Assembly (NCBI RefSeq): GCF_009914755.1
Contig: NC_060926.1
From: the human T2T-CHM13v2.0 reference genome, Homo sapiens
DNA length: 64,000 nt
Strand: one strand, 5' to 3'
Part shown: piece by piece, positions 63,456 to 64,000 of the stretch
How the letters are laid out: every line of letters starts with the position of its first letter
Numbering within the stretch: position 1 is the stretch's first letter
Program-made: the position numbers and the translations under genes
The notes under the pieces: model-generated
Seen by the model: the letters and a program-made list of their open reading frames with translations, nothing else
Databases searched by the model: none
Told to the model about the DNA's origin: nothing

Positions 63456-64000
63456 TTTTATTGATTTATTTATTATTATTTTTTATTATACTTTAAGTTT
63501 TAGGGTACATGTGCACAACGTGCAGGTTTGTTACATATGTATACATGTGCCATGTTGGTGTGCTGCAACCATTAACTTGTCATTTAACATTAGGTATATC
63601 TCCTAATGCTATCCCTCCCCCCTCCCCCCACCCCACAACAGGCCACGGTGTATGATGTTCCCCTTCCTGTGTCCACGTGTTCTCATTGTTCAATTCCCAC
63701 CTATGAGTGAGAACATGTGGTGTTTGATTTTTTGTCCTTGTGATAGTTTGCTGAGAATGATGGTTTCCAGCTTCATCCATGTCCCTACAAAGGACATGAA
63801 CTCATCATTTTTTATGGCCGCATAGTATTCCATGGTGTATATGTGCCACATTTTCTCAATCCAGTCTAACATGGTTGGACATTTGGGTTGGTTCCAAGTC
63901 TTTGCTATTGTGAATAGTGCCACAATAAACATACATGTGCATGTGTCTTTATAGTAGCATGATTTATAGTCCTTTGGGTATATACCCAGTAATGGGATGG
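63456..64000 (-). mobile_element. L1PA (L1PA4/5-like) 3' end, continues beyond the window
   Basis: TTATTATACTTTAAGTTTTAGGGTACATGTGCACAACGTGCAGG; ORF 63690-63932 encodes the L1 ORF2 C-terminus (MFIVALFTIAKTWNQPKCP...HHMFSLIGGN). Confidence 0.95.

Overview
Primate (human-like, catarrhine) AT-rich, CpG-depleted intronic or intergenic DNA dominated by transposable elements. I cannot identify the species or the locus. No protein-coding exon, tRNA or rRNA is supported: the longer ORFs are TE-derived (THE1 internal ORF, L1 ORF2, ERVL pol) or chance frames. Main architecture: (1) a decayed ERVL-class pol (RT-RNaseH-IN) on the minus strand at ~8.9-11.8 kb; (2) an ancient L1M/L1ME element stretched over ~18.1-40.6 kb by nested insertions, including a two-LTR LOR1 provirus that contains a THE1B provirus that contains an LTR12; (3) 14 Alu copies or fragments, many solo LTRs, hAT/Tigger DNA transposons, MIR/L2, and an L1PA running off the right edge. 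Signals the TE annotation does not explain: a ~320-bp non-TE inverted duplication (41329-41648 / 43013-43343) with scarred inner junctions; several perfect short fold-back hairpins inside otherwise decayed TEs (best at 18616-18703); and a ~4-kb block of non-L1 DNA splitting the L1 ORF1 at a contiguous point. These look like replication/repair (template-switch) footprints. I see no support for a new gene system. TE subfamily names come from recalled consensus sequences and need RepeatMasker/Dfam confirmation; many boundaries are approximate.
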